Assembly: GCF_006345805.1 (NCBI RefSeq) | Contig: NC_042997.1 | Location: 158,658,001-158,722,000, forward strand | Source of the DNA: Octopus sinensis | Lineage: Eukaryota | Length of the DNA: 64,000 nucleotides | Direction: 5' to 3' | Shown: positions 38,700-52,387 of the stretch, in pieces | How positions within the stretch are numbered: position 1 is the first letter of the stretch | Layout: the number at the start of each line of letters is the position of its first letter | The notes under the pieces: generated by a model | What the model saw: only the letters and a program-made list of their open reading frames with translations | The model's database searches: none | Told to the model about the DNA's origin: nothing | Program-made: the position numbers and the translations under genes

Positions 38700-39160
38700 T
38701 TCTGAAAAGTGAATGCTCAGAGCTCGTCTTTCACTCTAGATTTGATTGCTGTTCTCACACGAAAGAATTTGCAAGAAGGATCACTTCCTTTTCCACCCTG
38801 AGTTTCCTTTTCTACAGAGGAAAGCATTTGTTTTCAACCCTTTCACTTTTGTCCATCCTATAACCTCTTTCGTCATGGCCACCAGAGAGGGAAATGACAT
38901 CTACTTTTCCTTTCTGGAAAAAGGAAGAGAGCAGTGCGATTTTCAAATGGGACCCATCCTACTGGTAAAAGCAGTGAAAAGACATAACTTCTTTCACCAA
39001 GAATGCTCGGACAGTCGAGGGAAACATAAGGGAACACCTGTTCCTCGGAGATTTAGCTGTGTTGACTACATCTGCATCTAGTAAACTAATGTCTTTGAGT
39101 AGTTGGTCCTGATTCCAAGTTCGTCCAGGCCACTTGCATTTGCATTAACTATTCTGATTG
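38700..39160 (-). pseudogene. Possible highly decayed LINE AP-endonuclease N-terminus
   Basis: Minus strand IRIVNANASGL / NQDQLLKDISLLDADVV resembles the start of an APE domain. No downstream GDFN or SDH motif found. Confidence 0.3.
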
Positions 39161-40379
39161 ACGCAATATTTGGTAAAAGGAAGAAATTTAGAATGACCTT
39201 CATTTAATTCCTTTTGAATGATTAGTGTCCCGTCCTTCCAGATAGCTGTGGGTATATTCACGACTAAGTCTTTTTTTGACATTTTGTTGATATTCACTAG
39301 GAAAGCGCTTATTCCATTGGATTAATTGGTTTCCAAAATGTCTGTTCGTGCTTTGTGTTCTGATGATACTTATAAGTCATGCGATTACTTATATGTCATG
39401 TGATATAGTTATCATATGTAATTTTTGTTTGTTGACATGTATAGGCCATTAAATTTTGTTAATTGCGTATAAGGCGATGTAACAACTGATACCTTTTACG
39501 TTTTGTGTTTTGGGTGTTGCTCCTGCCACGGCTATGATAGTGATCTCAGAGTTTGACCGTCACACATATTGCAACAGGATATTATTAGGAAGTGTGTGAC
39601 GCAGTAAGCCAGAATGTCATCTTGAATTTCCGCAACATCGATCTTAAAGACCAAGCATATGGTCACTTAATCACTTCCTCGGTCGATGGAAATCAAAATA
39701 ATCCGTGTATCAGTGAGGATTTCTTCTAGATTCCCATTTGAAATTAATATAAAGCACTCTCACATTTTGAAAGGTAGAGATATATAATTAAACTTCCTTT
39801 TAAAAAAATCTTCAGGTACTGATGCAAAAAATTCCCTAGTATACATTTGTACTCTGAGTGTTGACCTGTAATGAGAACTAGTTTTCGCAGGCAACATTAG
39901 TAAAAGTATATGCTGTTACTGTTGCCGCTTTCATTGTTAGTTGTTTAATGTGAAACTCTCCTTTCATTCTTGGTAGTAAAAATATCGGTGTTTGCTCGTT
40001 AATATTTGTCATGTTATCTTCTTGCTTGTCAAATTTTTGCTTTTGTATTGATGTTCTTCTTTACAAAATGTTTGGAGGCATATACAAAATACTTGTGTGC
40101 GTATTAGCAAACGAAGACGATAGCGACATGTCATTTCACAAATAAGTGCATCTTTGTAAAACAAAAAACAAAAAAAAAATGAAACGACGAAACTGTTTTT
40201 TATTCCAACTTGAAAGTGACAGTTACATAAATGTTCGAAGGTGTAATAATCCAAAAATCATTTTTCTTCATTAAATATCAATACAGCAAACAGACACCTC
40301 AATGGAGATGAAAACTTCCGCTCTCCAGATGCACACAAAAAATGACACTAAATGTGACATTAATAATAATAATAATAAT

Positions 40380-40530
40380 TTCAAATTTTTGCACAAGGCC
40401 AGCAATTTTGGTGGCGGCAGCAAGTCGATTTCATCGACCCCGATGCTCCACTGATACCCATTTATTCGATCCTGAAACAACTTAAAGACGGATTCTTCGT
40501 GGCATGCTAACGATTCTGACATCTCCCCAC
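40380..40530 (-). mobile_element. SINE family A, degenerate and internally deleted
   Basis: aagtcgatttcatcgacccc and gcatgctaacgattctg blocks. Confidence 0.65.
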
Positions 40531-40686
40531 CTAAATTTCACAAGCAAAGATTATAATAATTATAGTGGTAAAAATTTTGATGATCACAGCAAATATAATT
40601 TAAAGGAGTAATATTTCATGAAATTATTAATAAAAATTATACTCGTTTAAATGGCGTTGCTGCTAGTGCTCTTACTACTACTACTA

Positions 40687-40721
<35 letters not shown>

Positions 40722-41126
40722 AAAATCATCATCATTTATAGAACCACACATATGAATTAACAACCTCATTCTTTTCAGAATATTTTCTCATAAATTAAAC
40801 TGAAATAAATAATGACATTTTATCGAAAAGAAAGAAAAATGTAATTAACAATAACCAAAATATTTTAAATGAATAATTCAATTAGAAATAGACGAAGAAA
40901 AAATATTTTCGCAATTGAGCAAGACGAGGGCTGGCAGATCCACAATAATTTTCAGGACGTTCGTGTATACGGAGAGGAAGAAAAGTTATTATTAAACCAG
41001 TAGCCTGGTCCGAATGCTAACAACAGAGTATTCTCTAATGAGGGGATACAAAAGCTAGCTGATGGAGGTAAATAATTCTGGCAACTAATTTGGTCTGCCT
41101 CTCAGGAGAGAAACGAGCACTCTGTA

Positions 41127-41161
<35 letters not shown>

Positions 41162-41167
41162 CATTAC

Positions 41168-41390
41168 TATAGATAAATGCCTCACACTAGGAGGGATTCT
41201 TAAAGTCAAAACTACCATAATGAACACATTGTACCGAACGCGAGGAAATTAAACTCCCGAAGCGAGCCTGGCTGAATCCGTTTTTAAAACACTCGCTTCG
41301 AGAGTTGCATTCCCTCACGTTCGGTGAAATGTGTTTATTATGGTAGCTTTGACTTTAAGAGTTCCTCTTAGGGTGAAGCATTCATGTATA
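41168..41390. mobile_element. Foldback MITE with TA-flanked ends (Tc1/mariner-like)
   Basis: Arms about 41168-41266 and 41292-41390, roughly 80% complementary, 25-nt spacer, TATA at both ends. Confidence 0.8.
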
Positions 41391-41585
41391 ATAATTCCCT
41401 TAGTATAAATAAATATATTTAAAGGGAATAATTAATAAATTTTTCCCTTATGAGGTTTTTCACACTAACTACTTGATAAATTCTTATAAAGATTCATACT
41501 ATTTTTAATTTGTATATACATGTGTGTGTGTGTGTGTGTGTGTATACATAAATACATACATATATATATATATATAGATATATTC

Positions 41586-41617
<32 letters not shown>

Positions 41618-42811
41618 ATGAGTTAGAGTTTACACAACCATCTAAGGGATAATAAATATCCACTACACTACTTGGTGTATACCTACGTATTCATATCCAA
41701 GTGCTTACTATTGCAGGGCAGTATCGCAGTTGACTACTAGTTACGAGTGTGGGTAAACCGGAAATTTACCCAGAATTTTATGGCACATGAGAAAATGGAG
41801 AGGATAATCAATCGACAACTTCAGCCTGTAACACACATTTACATCTATTTATTAATTGATTACAATCATATGTATAAGGAATCAAAATAAATAAATGAAG
41901 TAAGCAAATAAAGAAGTAAATAATTAGATAAATAAAAATAAACAAATGAATAAGAATAAACGAGTGAAAAATACTAAGGTATTACAGCTGTTTCTACTAT
42001 GGGGTTGCCCAATCTACCAAGTTTTCCAAATAATACCAGTAATATACATGGTTTTTAAAAAACTTAAACAAACATTGGACAGGAGTTGGACAATGACTGA
42101 AGCCCCAAAGCTTCATCAGAAAAACTAAAATGTTATGAATCTAACATGTGAGGAAGTAGGGTAACGTGATACAATAAAATAATAATATAGTAAAAATTGT
42201 AAGGAATGGTAAAAACGTCAATTCCAAATCAATGGGATTACATCTTATGGTAAAGAAAGTCACTTCCAGGAGTAATTTCCACAGGTTATGAGAGTTACAT
42301 CATATTTCAATTTTACTGGGGGAACTAGCGAGGATACGGCGTTGTGCAGTGAGTTTAATGGGATGGCCTATATCACAGGGGTCAAAAGTTAGTGGCTAAC
42401 TGCTATTTAATAGAGCATCATAAAAAGAATTGAGAAAGTCAACTAATGTGATCTTGTTTGGGGAAATCAATACATAAGTATATTAATAAAAGAATAATTT
42501 AGGTAAAACCTTAGTGCGATGTTATTACTCATTACTTATTAACTTAATAAGTAACGTATTGCTTATACATATGATTGTAACCACTTAATAGATAGATATA
42601 AATGAATGTCTACAGGCTGATGTTTGTCGATTGATTATCCTCTCCATTTTCTTATTTGCCTTATATATATATTTATATACATATATATATATACATATAT
42701 ATAGTTGAAAAATATCGTTATATGTATAAAAGTACCATAAACAATTATAGACAATGGAGGAAAAGATGATGTTGAATCAAAATTAGATTTAATATAAAAT
42801 AGGATTCAATA

Positions 42812-42910
42812 GATACACGCGTTTCAAAGGACAATACAAATATGTAAGGAAAAAATTATAACCATAGTAATCATAATTAAATTTATGCATTGTCATTTTC
42901 ATCAGTGTAA
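42812..42910 (-). ncRNA. Hammerhead-like motif with long stem II insert
   Basis: taca CTGATGA aaatgacaatgc...gtattgtccttt GAAA cgcg T G tatc. H17 is G (non-canonical). Confidence 0.45.
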
Positions 42911-43421
42911 GAATTAACTCATTATCCTCGAATGAAAACTTTTTTAATAAGCATAAAGATTATTACAATCTGGCTCTTAGAAATGCTGGTTATAAATATC
43001 AAATTAAGTACAACAAATTTAATAATGATTTTTCCAGTCATAACAACAGCTATATGGATGTGAATTCCAATGAACAGGCCACAATTTCTAAACACCATCA
43101 TGAATTGGAACGCCTTGGCACACAACTTAAATCTACGAAGTATATTTGTAACGATAACTCCACCATAAGAATTAAAAAGATTTGAACAACTATGGACCAA
43201 ATAACAACACTTCTACTAACCATTTTTCTACCAATACCAATATTTTTAATAAGATAAACAATTGTAATGTCACTGGCAGTTATTACAAGAAAAACATTAA
43301 CATAACCGGAAATAATAACACGAAGCAAAGTCTTATCACAAAAATCTTATTTCTTCAAATACTCTAACTATCCCACACAACTACATAACCAACTCTAATG
43401 ATGTCAAATATTTTCTTAATG

Positions 43422-43475
<54 letters not shown>

Positions 43476-44439
43476 TTAATAATAACATTAAGAAGAAGAA
43501 GAATAGCATTGTTAGTGATGGTGTTAATGCGAGAAGTAAAAAGAAACCTATACCTTTTTTTCCGAATGGGTGCCCCATCTAATAAAAACCACCATACCAA
43601 TAAGAAACACAATAATAACATAATTTGAATTATATTTCCTTTCGCTAAACATTTGAAGTCCAATATCATAAAGTCTATTCGTTCTATAATTAAATCTAAT
43701 TTTATTAAATCTAGATACGCTGGGATATTCAATAACAGAATGATTAGATTAGGTTTTTCTGTTTCTCCTAACTTACTTAGGATTATTTCTTCCTTTAACA
43801 GTAGAAAACTAAATCTTTACTACAAGAATTGAACCCCCCCCCCTCTAATATTTATACTAACCTCAATTATTCAAATAGCTCTGTATCTTTACCAACGATT
43901 CCCATACTCACATAAACTCTTCCTCTATTAAAATACATAAACATAACAATAGTACGCCTAATATTAGTAACAATTGTAACTGTATCAGTTTATCAGCTGT
44001 GAGTTTAAAGGTAAATGTAAAATGAAAAATGTTGTATTTAAAGCTACTATTACAACACATGATCCTCTAGGTTTCATTACACAGGTTGCACGCAGACCCC
44101 TCTTAAATTACGTTTGAATAATCATAAATCATCTTTTAATGATCCTCGGAAAGATAGTAGTGCTAGTTTATCCAAAAAGATATAGCAACTTAAGAGATAA
44201 CATAAATTTCTCAATTTCTTGGAATATTTTCTCTTCTTCCTCCTCTTATAGGATTAGAAATAGAACGTGCCTTTTATGCCTTGAAGAGTCTTACATAACT
44301 AGGAAAATGAACGGTTCTATCTTAAATTCGAGAGATGAAAGATTTTTCTTGTAAACATATGTCCAAATTTCTTTTCATTAACCTTAAATCCTTACTGATT
44401 ACCGCTTTGACTTTTTTTATTAGCTCTTATTACACTCTT

Positions 44440-44520
44440 AGGCTTTGTGCATGTATGTATGTATGCGTGCTTGTGTGGGTTTTTTGATGCAATTGCGGTC
44501 GTATTTTTATATGTGTGTGA

Positions 44521-44573
<53 letters not shown>

Positions 44574-44658
44574 TATGTGTATGCATATGTACATTGTATA
44601 TATTTATGCGTGTGTATTTTTTATGTGCATGTATGTGTATGCGCATACTTATGCATGC

Positions 44659-44716
<58 letters not shown>

Positions 44717-44860
44717 TTTTAAATGTTTTATATATATATTTGTTCTGTGGTGTATTTTGCATGCACCTTTGTGGTCATTTCTTTGGGTGCACGTGTATAT
44801 ATTATGTGTATTTTACGTGTGTACTTGTGTGTGTATGCATATATATATATATATATATAA

Positions 44861-44900
<40 letters not shown>

Positions 44901-44916
44901 GTATATATATATACAT

Positions 44917-44955
<39 letters not shown>

Positions 44956-44981
44956 ATATATGCATGCATAAGTATGCATAC

Positions 44982-45012
<31 letters not shown>

Positions 45013-45041
45013 TATATATATTTATATATATATAATATATT

Positions 45042-45100
<59 letters not shown>

Positions 45101-45137
45101 TATATATATTTATATATATATATTATGTATATATATT

Positions 45138-45178
<41 letters not shown>

Positions 45179-45224
45179 GTATATATATATATGTATATAT
45201 ATATGTATATATATATGTATATAT

Positions 45225-45278
<54 letters not shown>

Positions 45279-45620
45279 TATGTGTCCATGTACATGTATG
45301 TGCATGTTTATGTTTAATGTATGTGGGTGGGTATATATATGAATATTTATACATATGTGTGTATATGTATGTTCAGGTATGTATATATATTTGCATGTAT
45401 ATGTGTATGTGTATTTGGTTGTATATGTGTGTATATATGTGTGTGTATGTATATATATATTTATATTTATATACGTCTTTGGTGAATACGTACTTCTTTA
45501 TATTGCTTGTATCTTCCCTCACACTTGTACTCCTGTATGTGTATGTGTGAGTGTATGTACGTATTTTTGTGTATATATGTGTGTATGAATGCACATGTGT
45601 ATGACTGTATATCCTTACGT
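44440..45620. repeat. Compound (TA)n/(TG)n microsatellite field
   Basis: Direct reading. Confidence 0.95.
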
Positions 45621-46294
45621 GTTAAGTGTATACGTTTCTTCTATCACTTGTAATTTTAGAGCATTTTTCTCCTTCATTTATTCGTTTTTGTTCCTACTGC
45701 TCCGGGCTAGTTTTTGAGTAAGGTAACTATCTTGAATTACACCGGCCGGTCTTGTCTCATCGATGTTTTATCTTTGTTAAGTTCTCTGTCGGTTTTTTCT
45801 CTGTGTGTATGTACATTTTTACTTTAATATGACTTTTTTCAAACGTAGCCTTGCCTATCACTTTTAGCATCGTGTAAAATATATATACATGTGATTTTTC
45901 GTTTTTCAATATTAATATGTACATGTATAACTCTGTATGGTTTTTTTTAACTAGTCCACCTGTCACCTTATATTCAACTATACAGATGTAGCCCTGTTTA
46001 TTATACTTTGTCTCGACCTGTTACCATTTTTTAAGCAAACCCGTTAGCTTTCCATTCTTATTTTTACGTTATAGTCTACCACACATATAGACATGCATAC
46101 GCATTGATATGTCTGTCTTTTTTCCCTTTCGTCTCTTTCTTTATTATTATTACTGTTATTTTTTCCCCTTTTAAAACTTACTTGCAAATGTTCGATTTTT
46201 TCCCTATTACCCTATTTGTATTCTCTCTTTTTGTATCGCATTTTACTTTACTTTATTTTATTAAACCTTTTTTGATGTCCTTACAAAAATTCCC

Positions 46295-46390
46295 CACACT
46301 GATGAAAATAACAATACATAAATTCAATTACAATTACTATAGTCATAATTTTTTCTTATATATTGGTATTGTCCTTTGAAACGCGCCTAC
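46295..46390 (+). ncRNA. Hammerhead-like motif with long stem II insert
   Basis: caca CTGATGA(46299-46305) aaataacaatac...gtattgtccttt GAAA(46378-46381) cgcg C C tacg. Confidence 0.45.
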
Positions 46391-46673
46391 GTATTGAATC
46401 GTATTTTGTGTAAAATCTAATTTTGTTCCAACATTTTTCTCTTCCATTTTTCTATAATTGTTTATGGCATTTTTATACATGTAATGATAATTTTCAACTA
46501 CTATTTTCATATTCTTATTACTTGCTTTGGCTGTTTTTTATGAATATGTTGAATCTTTATTAGACATCATTCTTCCTCTCTTTTTGAACCTCTCAAAAAA
46601 ATTTGAATTGTTCTCATTTGACCGTATTCCCCCCCAAATATATACATGTATATATGTATATAATATGTATATG

Positions 46674-46734
<61 letters not shown>

Positions 46735-46763
46735 TGTATATATATGTATATGTATATATATGT

Positions 46764-46816
<53 letters not shown>

Positions 46817-46871
46817 TGTATATATATATGTATATATGTATGTATATATAAGTATATGTATATATATATAT

Positions 46872-47090
46872 AACGGGAAGCTTTATGAAAATAGACAAAA
46901 GACGAAGGCAGGTTTACGGAATAAACAAAAGACGAAGGCAGGTGGAATACAAACAAACAATTGTATTAGTATGGCGCTCAGGAAATATAAATAAAACAAG
47001 TCTTTAACGTTTCGAGCCTACGCTCTTCAACAGAAAGATACACAGAGAAGAAACACAGAAAGAAGGAGAGAAAAAAAAGGTCTCGAAGGT
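46872..47090 (-). mobile_element. Solo pLTR-like repeat with hammerhead
   Basis: Shared with 31020-31180. Contains a tandem aaaagacgaaggcagg duplication at about 46897-46942. Confidence 0.7.
47001..47038 (-). ncRNA. Minimal type I hammerhead variant (CUGUUGA core, extra A)
   Basis: tcttt CTGTTGA a GAGC gtag GCTC GAAA cg T T aaaga. Stem I 5 bp, stem II 4 bp, palindromic stem III AACGTT. Predicted cleavage between 47006 and 47005. Confidence 0.7.
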
Positions 47091-47126
47091 TATATGTATG
47101 TATATATATATATATGTATATATATG

Positions 47127-47164
<38 letters not shown>

Positions 47165-47191
47165 ATATATAGATATATATTTACATATATA

Positions 47192-47243
<52 letters not shown>

Positions 47244-47629
47244 TAAAACAGTTTGATTCTGTTTCATGCGACTTGACGTTTATCATGCTTCTAACCGAGG
47301 TTGAGCTCGAACAGGCTCACATTAACCGAAGAGAGAAATACAGGAAGTGCGAGATAGCCACTAGGTTGCTATAGGTCAAACCGTAACACCTCGTGTTGTT
47401 AGAAGTGAGTTCGGCATTTCAACAGCATCAGATGCATCAGAACAGAAGGTTTCGGGAAAGGCGTGTCCGGACAAGAAGCTCTTAGCAGCCTGGTGTCTGG
47501 CAAAATTTAGGATTTATGGGGGGGGGTCAAAGTTGGGAACAAAAACAGCACAGTAGAGACATATAAGGAAACTGAATGAAAACTAACATGAAGGGTCGTT
47601 AGTCCAGGTCGAGAGGAAAATAGTGAACG

Positions 47630-48123
47630 ATGGGAGAAATATTTCCTTTGAAAAGAGAAAGATAGCAGAGAGAAAGAAAAAGTCCAGTCTTTGAACGTCC
47701 GTACAGAAAAAGAAAGATGGTCACGTGAGGAAAAGAAAGATAGTCACGTGAAAAAAGAAAGGTGGACGATGGGCAATGTGTGAACCACTAAAGAGTGAAA
47801 AATAGAAAGAGCGAGAGAGAGAGATAAAATGGTGAAGGGGAGCAAAAGAGAAAGATGGAGGAAGAAAACACTTAAGAGTTGAGTCGCATCAAATAAATAA
47901 TACTATAAATATTATTATATTATATAATAGAGTCGATTCAATTAAATAATGATATAAATAATATCTCTTTCTCTCTCCCTCTCTTTCTCGTCGCTCACAC
48001 GCGATCATCGCCCATCTTTCTTTTCCTCACGTGACCATCTTTCTTTCCTGCACGGACGTTCAAAGGACTGGATGTTTTCTTTCTCTCTTCTATCTTTTCT
48101 CTTTTCAAAGAAAATATTTCTCC
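47630..48123. repeat. About 110-bp inverted repeat pair (47630-47740 and 48015-48123)
   Basis: ggagaaatatttcctttgaaaagag...gaacgtccgtacag...gatggtcacgtgaggaaaagaaagat and its reverse complement, with scattered mismatches. Confidence 0.85.
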
Positions 48124-48289
48124 AAATGTGGGAGTGGTGTGACAGTAGTAGGATGTTGGTGGAATCCTCTTAAATGGTCAAAATACCTAAAAGTGACCCG
48201 TTGTGGTTGTAATAGTAGTGATTGGAATTGTTCTGAATAAATTCATGGGTAGTGACTGTTCTGAATATATTGTTTTTAATATTTGCGTG

Positions 48290-48630
48290 CGTATTATTCT
48301 AAGGCCCTTGTAGTAGTACCATATGTGGTGGATGCATTCAAAAGAAATGTATATTTTGCGATAAAGTATGTCCCTTTACTAATGCATTGACTACAAGTTG
48401 CATCGTTCCTGAATCGAAACAGGGGAAAAATTCTGAAGCTGGGTTGTTTGTTATTGGCGCAAATGTGTTCGCAGAAACTATTTTCCTGCCTTTCCAAATT
48501 TTGATCTGTGATCTATGTAGAGCCCTCTTTTAACATAGGCTGTTTTTGGTTTGGCCTATGTATTGCTCTCGAAACTCAGAAAAAGTTAATACATTTATCA
48601 GGTTCTCCGAAGCACATGTGAAGTTGCTTT
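48290..48630 (-). mobile_element. Penelope-like GIY-YIG endonuclease fragment
   Basis: NFTCASENLINVLT...EQYIGQTKNSL..R..HRSQI...EHICANNKQPSFRIFP...YFIAKY..LN. Confidence 0.78.
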
Positions 48631-49673
48631 TCACTGTAAAACGTTGCCCTGTTTGAAAGAGAACTCTGATCCCTCAATTATACCACATATACCACAACTA
48701 TCCTGCATATACCACCGGTAGGTCTTCCGCATTTTTTTACTGACGGCTTCAGTGTTGTTGTCGATCGTACTTAGACTGACATACACACGTGTGTGTGTGT
48801 GCAGAGAAAGGAAGACATGGTTCTACAGCAGTAAATGTTCTATTTTCAAATTCTTGATGACAAATAGATTTAAAGTTTTATTTTATTGAAATAATATCAT
48901 ATTATCAGTTTGCGAGTCTTTTTCATGTTCACGGGCAGAAGGTGTTTTGCTTCTTATAATACAAATTTTCTACCAATTTCTTTCTAAATTGAAAAATTCA
49001 TATAAATAGATATTTCCAAGCGGTTATGTATTACTGGTATTTATTTAAGTGCTAAAAATAATCACCCGTCAACATATGGCTTCGTTAGCAAAGTGAAACA
49101 AATAGAAAACGTCATCTAACTTATTTTTCTAATATAGACGTGAATATTTTAAGGAATCACATTAGAAATTTTCGCAAATCCTGGATGAACACCATATTTA
49201 GAGTCTTAAAATATTTAGATATTATATACTAAACACATCATAGTAAGCCAATCAGCTCACAGAAATCAATACATAGAATGAAAATTATATTGCTTCTGAA
49301 ATCCGTATCGTATAATTACGTGTATCTATCTATCTTCATATACATCTATGTATGATATATATATATTCAAATGTGAATTAGAAGGAGCTCGAGGTATATA
49401 ATCAACTGGCTATGACCTGACAGGGTCAGTTGGACAGGTCACAGCAGATCCCTTGCTCGATATGCGGCGTTGAGAAGTCAGAACAATGGCGAAACTGCGA
49501 TGTCTGTCGCTCTGAAAAAAAAAAGATCTGACGTCGTGCTGTCTAACTTGGCTTTGACCTGCTTTCGGGTATTTTACATCAAGAGCATTGCAATTATATT
49601 CTCTTACGCTTAAAACAACGCAAACGCCTGACAAACTAATAACACACGCACCTCGTGTATCTGTGTTCGACTT

Positions 49674-49711
<38 letters not shown>

Positions 49712-52050
49712 TGTGTGAAAGTATGTGTGTGTATACACATGTATATTCAAATATATGTATATTCATATGAGTGTGTGACAAGATATATATGTGTGTGTGA
49801 AAGAGTTAATTAGTTACTTAAGAGAATGGAGTGTATGAGCTTTTGTGTGTAGTATTAGCTGTGAAACATAACAGCGTATGAAATACAAACCACCAGACAA
49901 GCACGATTTATTTCAAAATCAAAAATATAGCAGAAACATTCTATCACCATACCAGCAAACTGATAGTTTTCATATATACTCAGCCATGAAACATTTTCCA
50001 TCGATTTGTCTTTAATTTCTTCAATAGGTAACAGGTATCGTCTTTACCAAACTTTTGTATGACATAAAATATGTCATCTACCCTCGAGAGTATTTAAAGC
50101 TGAGCTACTAATATTTTCATTCTGTGGAAACAATAATTCGATAGATTTATATAATGTGCATTGTGTCTTCATACCATACTTCAGGCACAAATGCATATGG
50201 TTGAAATTATTTGACAAAACAGAACATTGGTCTATGAGAAAGCATGAGAAATACAAGATGAATAAAAAAAGGTGGAACGAACTAACAACGGTGAATAAAA
50301 ACTGAAAAAGAAAAGACAAGAAAAGTAAGAAACCAAGATTTGTGTTCCATTTGTCCGTTGAAATAATAATTAATCTAGCTGGTATTGAATAAGTCAACGG
50401 GGAAGTGGCCAATATCTGTAAGGCAACTGCTCAATCTGGAGAGGGTATTGTCCTTCAATTCTACAAAAGAAATTTGTCTATGTACTTGCATTTGCTAACA
50501 ATTACCAATCTGGAATTAAGTAGAATGTAAGAATTCTTGAATCTGAAAATAATCTGCGATCTTTTAGCTACACATCCCTCGTGTCTCTACAATTCATTTA
50601 CATATAATGCAGATTTCTCTACTATGTTCCAGTTAACTGTATGTAGTGTGCAGTTGGTTTTCATGTCTCATATATAACCATATATTGTACTTTTTACTTA
50701 GATCCAAGAATTCCAACATACTATTTATACCAGGTTTGAAATATTTACAAACGGTTGCACGTAGAGAAATTTCTTTTGTCGAACTGGAGGACAACATTCT
50801 CTCCTGACTGAGTTGCTGTCTTACAGATTTCAGTCTCTTCCCCCGTGAATTATTTTACTGCAGCGAGATTAATAATAATTTCGGCGGACAGAAGGGACGC
50901 AACCTTTGGTTTTCTTTCTTTTGCTTTCTTTCAGTTTCGTTTTTTTGTTTTTTTTTAGCTTTTGCCTTATCGTTCACCATTTGCATCCACATCGTCCTTT
51001 CTTTTTTCCTCGTGTCTTCTCCTAGACCAAAGTGCTTTTCCTCAAATGAGACAAATCATGTATATTATGAACCTAAAGAGTTGACCGAAGTCACAAAGTA
51101 CGTTAGCTAAATCTGCTGAATGATAGGGTTTCCATGGCCTGAAATATTTATATAATGTGTATATTAAATTATATTTGTCTCTCGCCGGAGGGGTTACCTT
51201 TCTAGTTGATCCTACTTGTAACACAAGAGTAAACTATATGTTCACATATGTAGATAAACATATACTTATGTGTGTGTATACATACATGATTTTACGATTT
51301 CACGATTACATCCATACATACATATATACACAAATACATACACGCACACACACACACAAACACACACACATACACTAACACGCGCACATATAATAAAATA
51401 TTGATATTTATTCTTAGACGCGATAAAAATACACAAATATATTTGCTTTAACGTCCAGTTTACGTTGAAATTCAATGCAAACATGAACAAATATTTCTTT
51501 ATGAAATAAATATTTTCTGAAAAATCATAGCTATTATAAGAATTTTAATACGATTGGTGGAGAATTAAGTTTGAGTTTCACACGAAATTTTGCTTCAGAT
51601 ATGAGAAATACTTATCATAAAAATCTTAGAAGGCTAACTACACCCATTTACTCGTCTGAGTAATTTTCATAAAATTGGCCATTAAATCATATACATTTTT
51701 CTAAATCGATAGTATAATATATTGCGAAAGTATTTACAGTCAGTAATTCAATTTCGAAGGATTGTATCCGGTTGACAGAAAATCTAATAAAATTAAGATT
51801 TAATCTGTAGAAATATATTAAAAGAAATTGTGAAATATTCGACAGAAATCCGTCGAAATACATCTAGTGTTAAAATATAACAATATTCGAAGGTACAAAA
51901 TTTATTTGGAGCACATATTCTAAACCTCATATGTAAGTGTAAGTTTCGTTGAGATAGTTGTATAGTCCCAAAGAATATGGTATTCATCTTATCCAGTTTA
52001 CCTGCCATCGTTAATATCTTCTCTCTTTCTCTCTCTCTTCTCTCTCTCTC

Positions 52051-52126
<76 letters not shown>

Positions 52127-52342
52127 GCATACAGACACACACACACTTTTTTATTAAAGCTGCAAATTATCAGAGAACTGCTTCTCAGAATTTCGTGTTC
52201 CTGTTCGTCGGACAGTTGTGAAGGAAAGCTGAATTAAACTAAATCTGTAGCTTTGATAAAAGCATATTACTCTGCCGTTGGCTTTCGAGTACTAAAGAAG
52301 GGAAGACGGAGGAACAAAATCACCAATGAATTTTAAAGATAG

Positions 52343-52387
<45 letters not shown>

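Larger units (their letters stand above)
42701..46500 (+). mobile_element. 5'-truncated Penelope-like element with inverted 5' pLTR, interrupted by microsatellites
   Basis: RT thumb LSSNENFFNKHKDYYNLALRNAGY (from 42922); GIFNNRMIRLGFSVSPNLLRII (about 43700-43790); GIY-YIG NVVFKATI...LRLNNHKSSF...ISWNI...CLLCLEE...LNSRDE (44028-44340). 42701-42910 is the reverse complement of about 46293-46500. Confidence 0.85.

Noticed and set aside
45690-45755. tagtt/aacta stem followed by the accggccggt palindrome inside the PLE
   Set aside because: Both catalytic boxes are unrecognisable. At most a fossil ribozyme.
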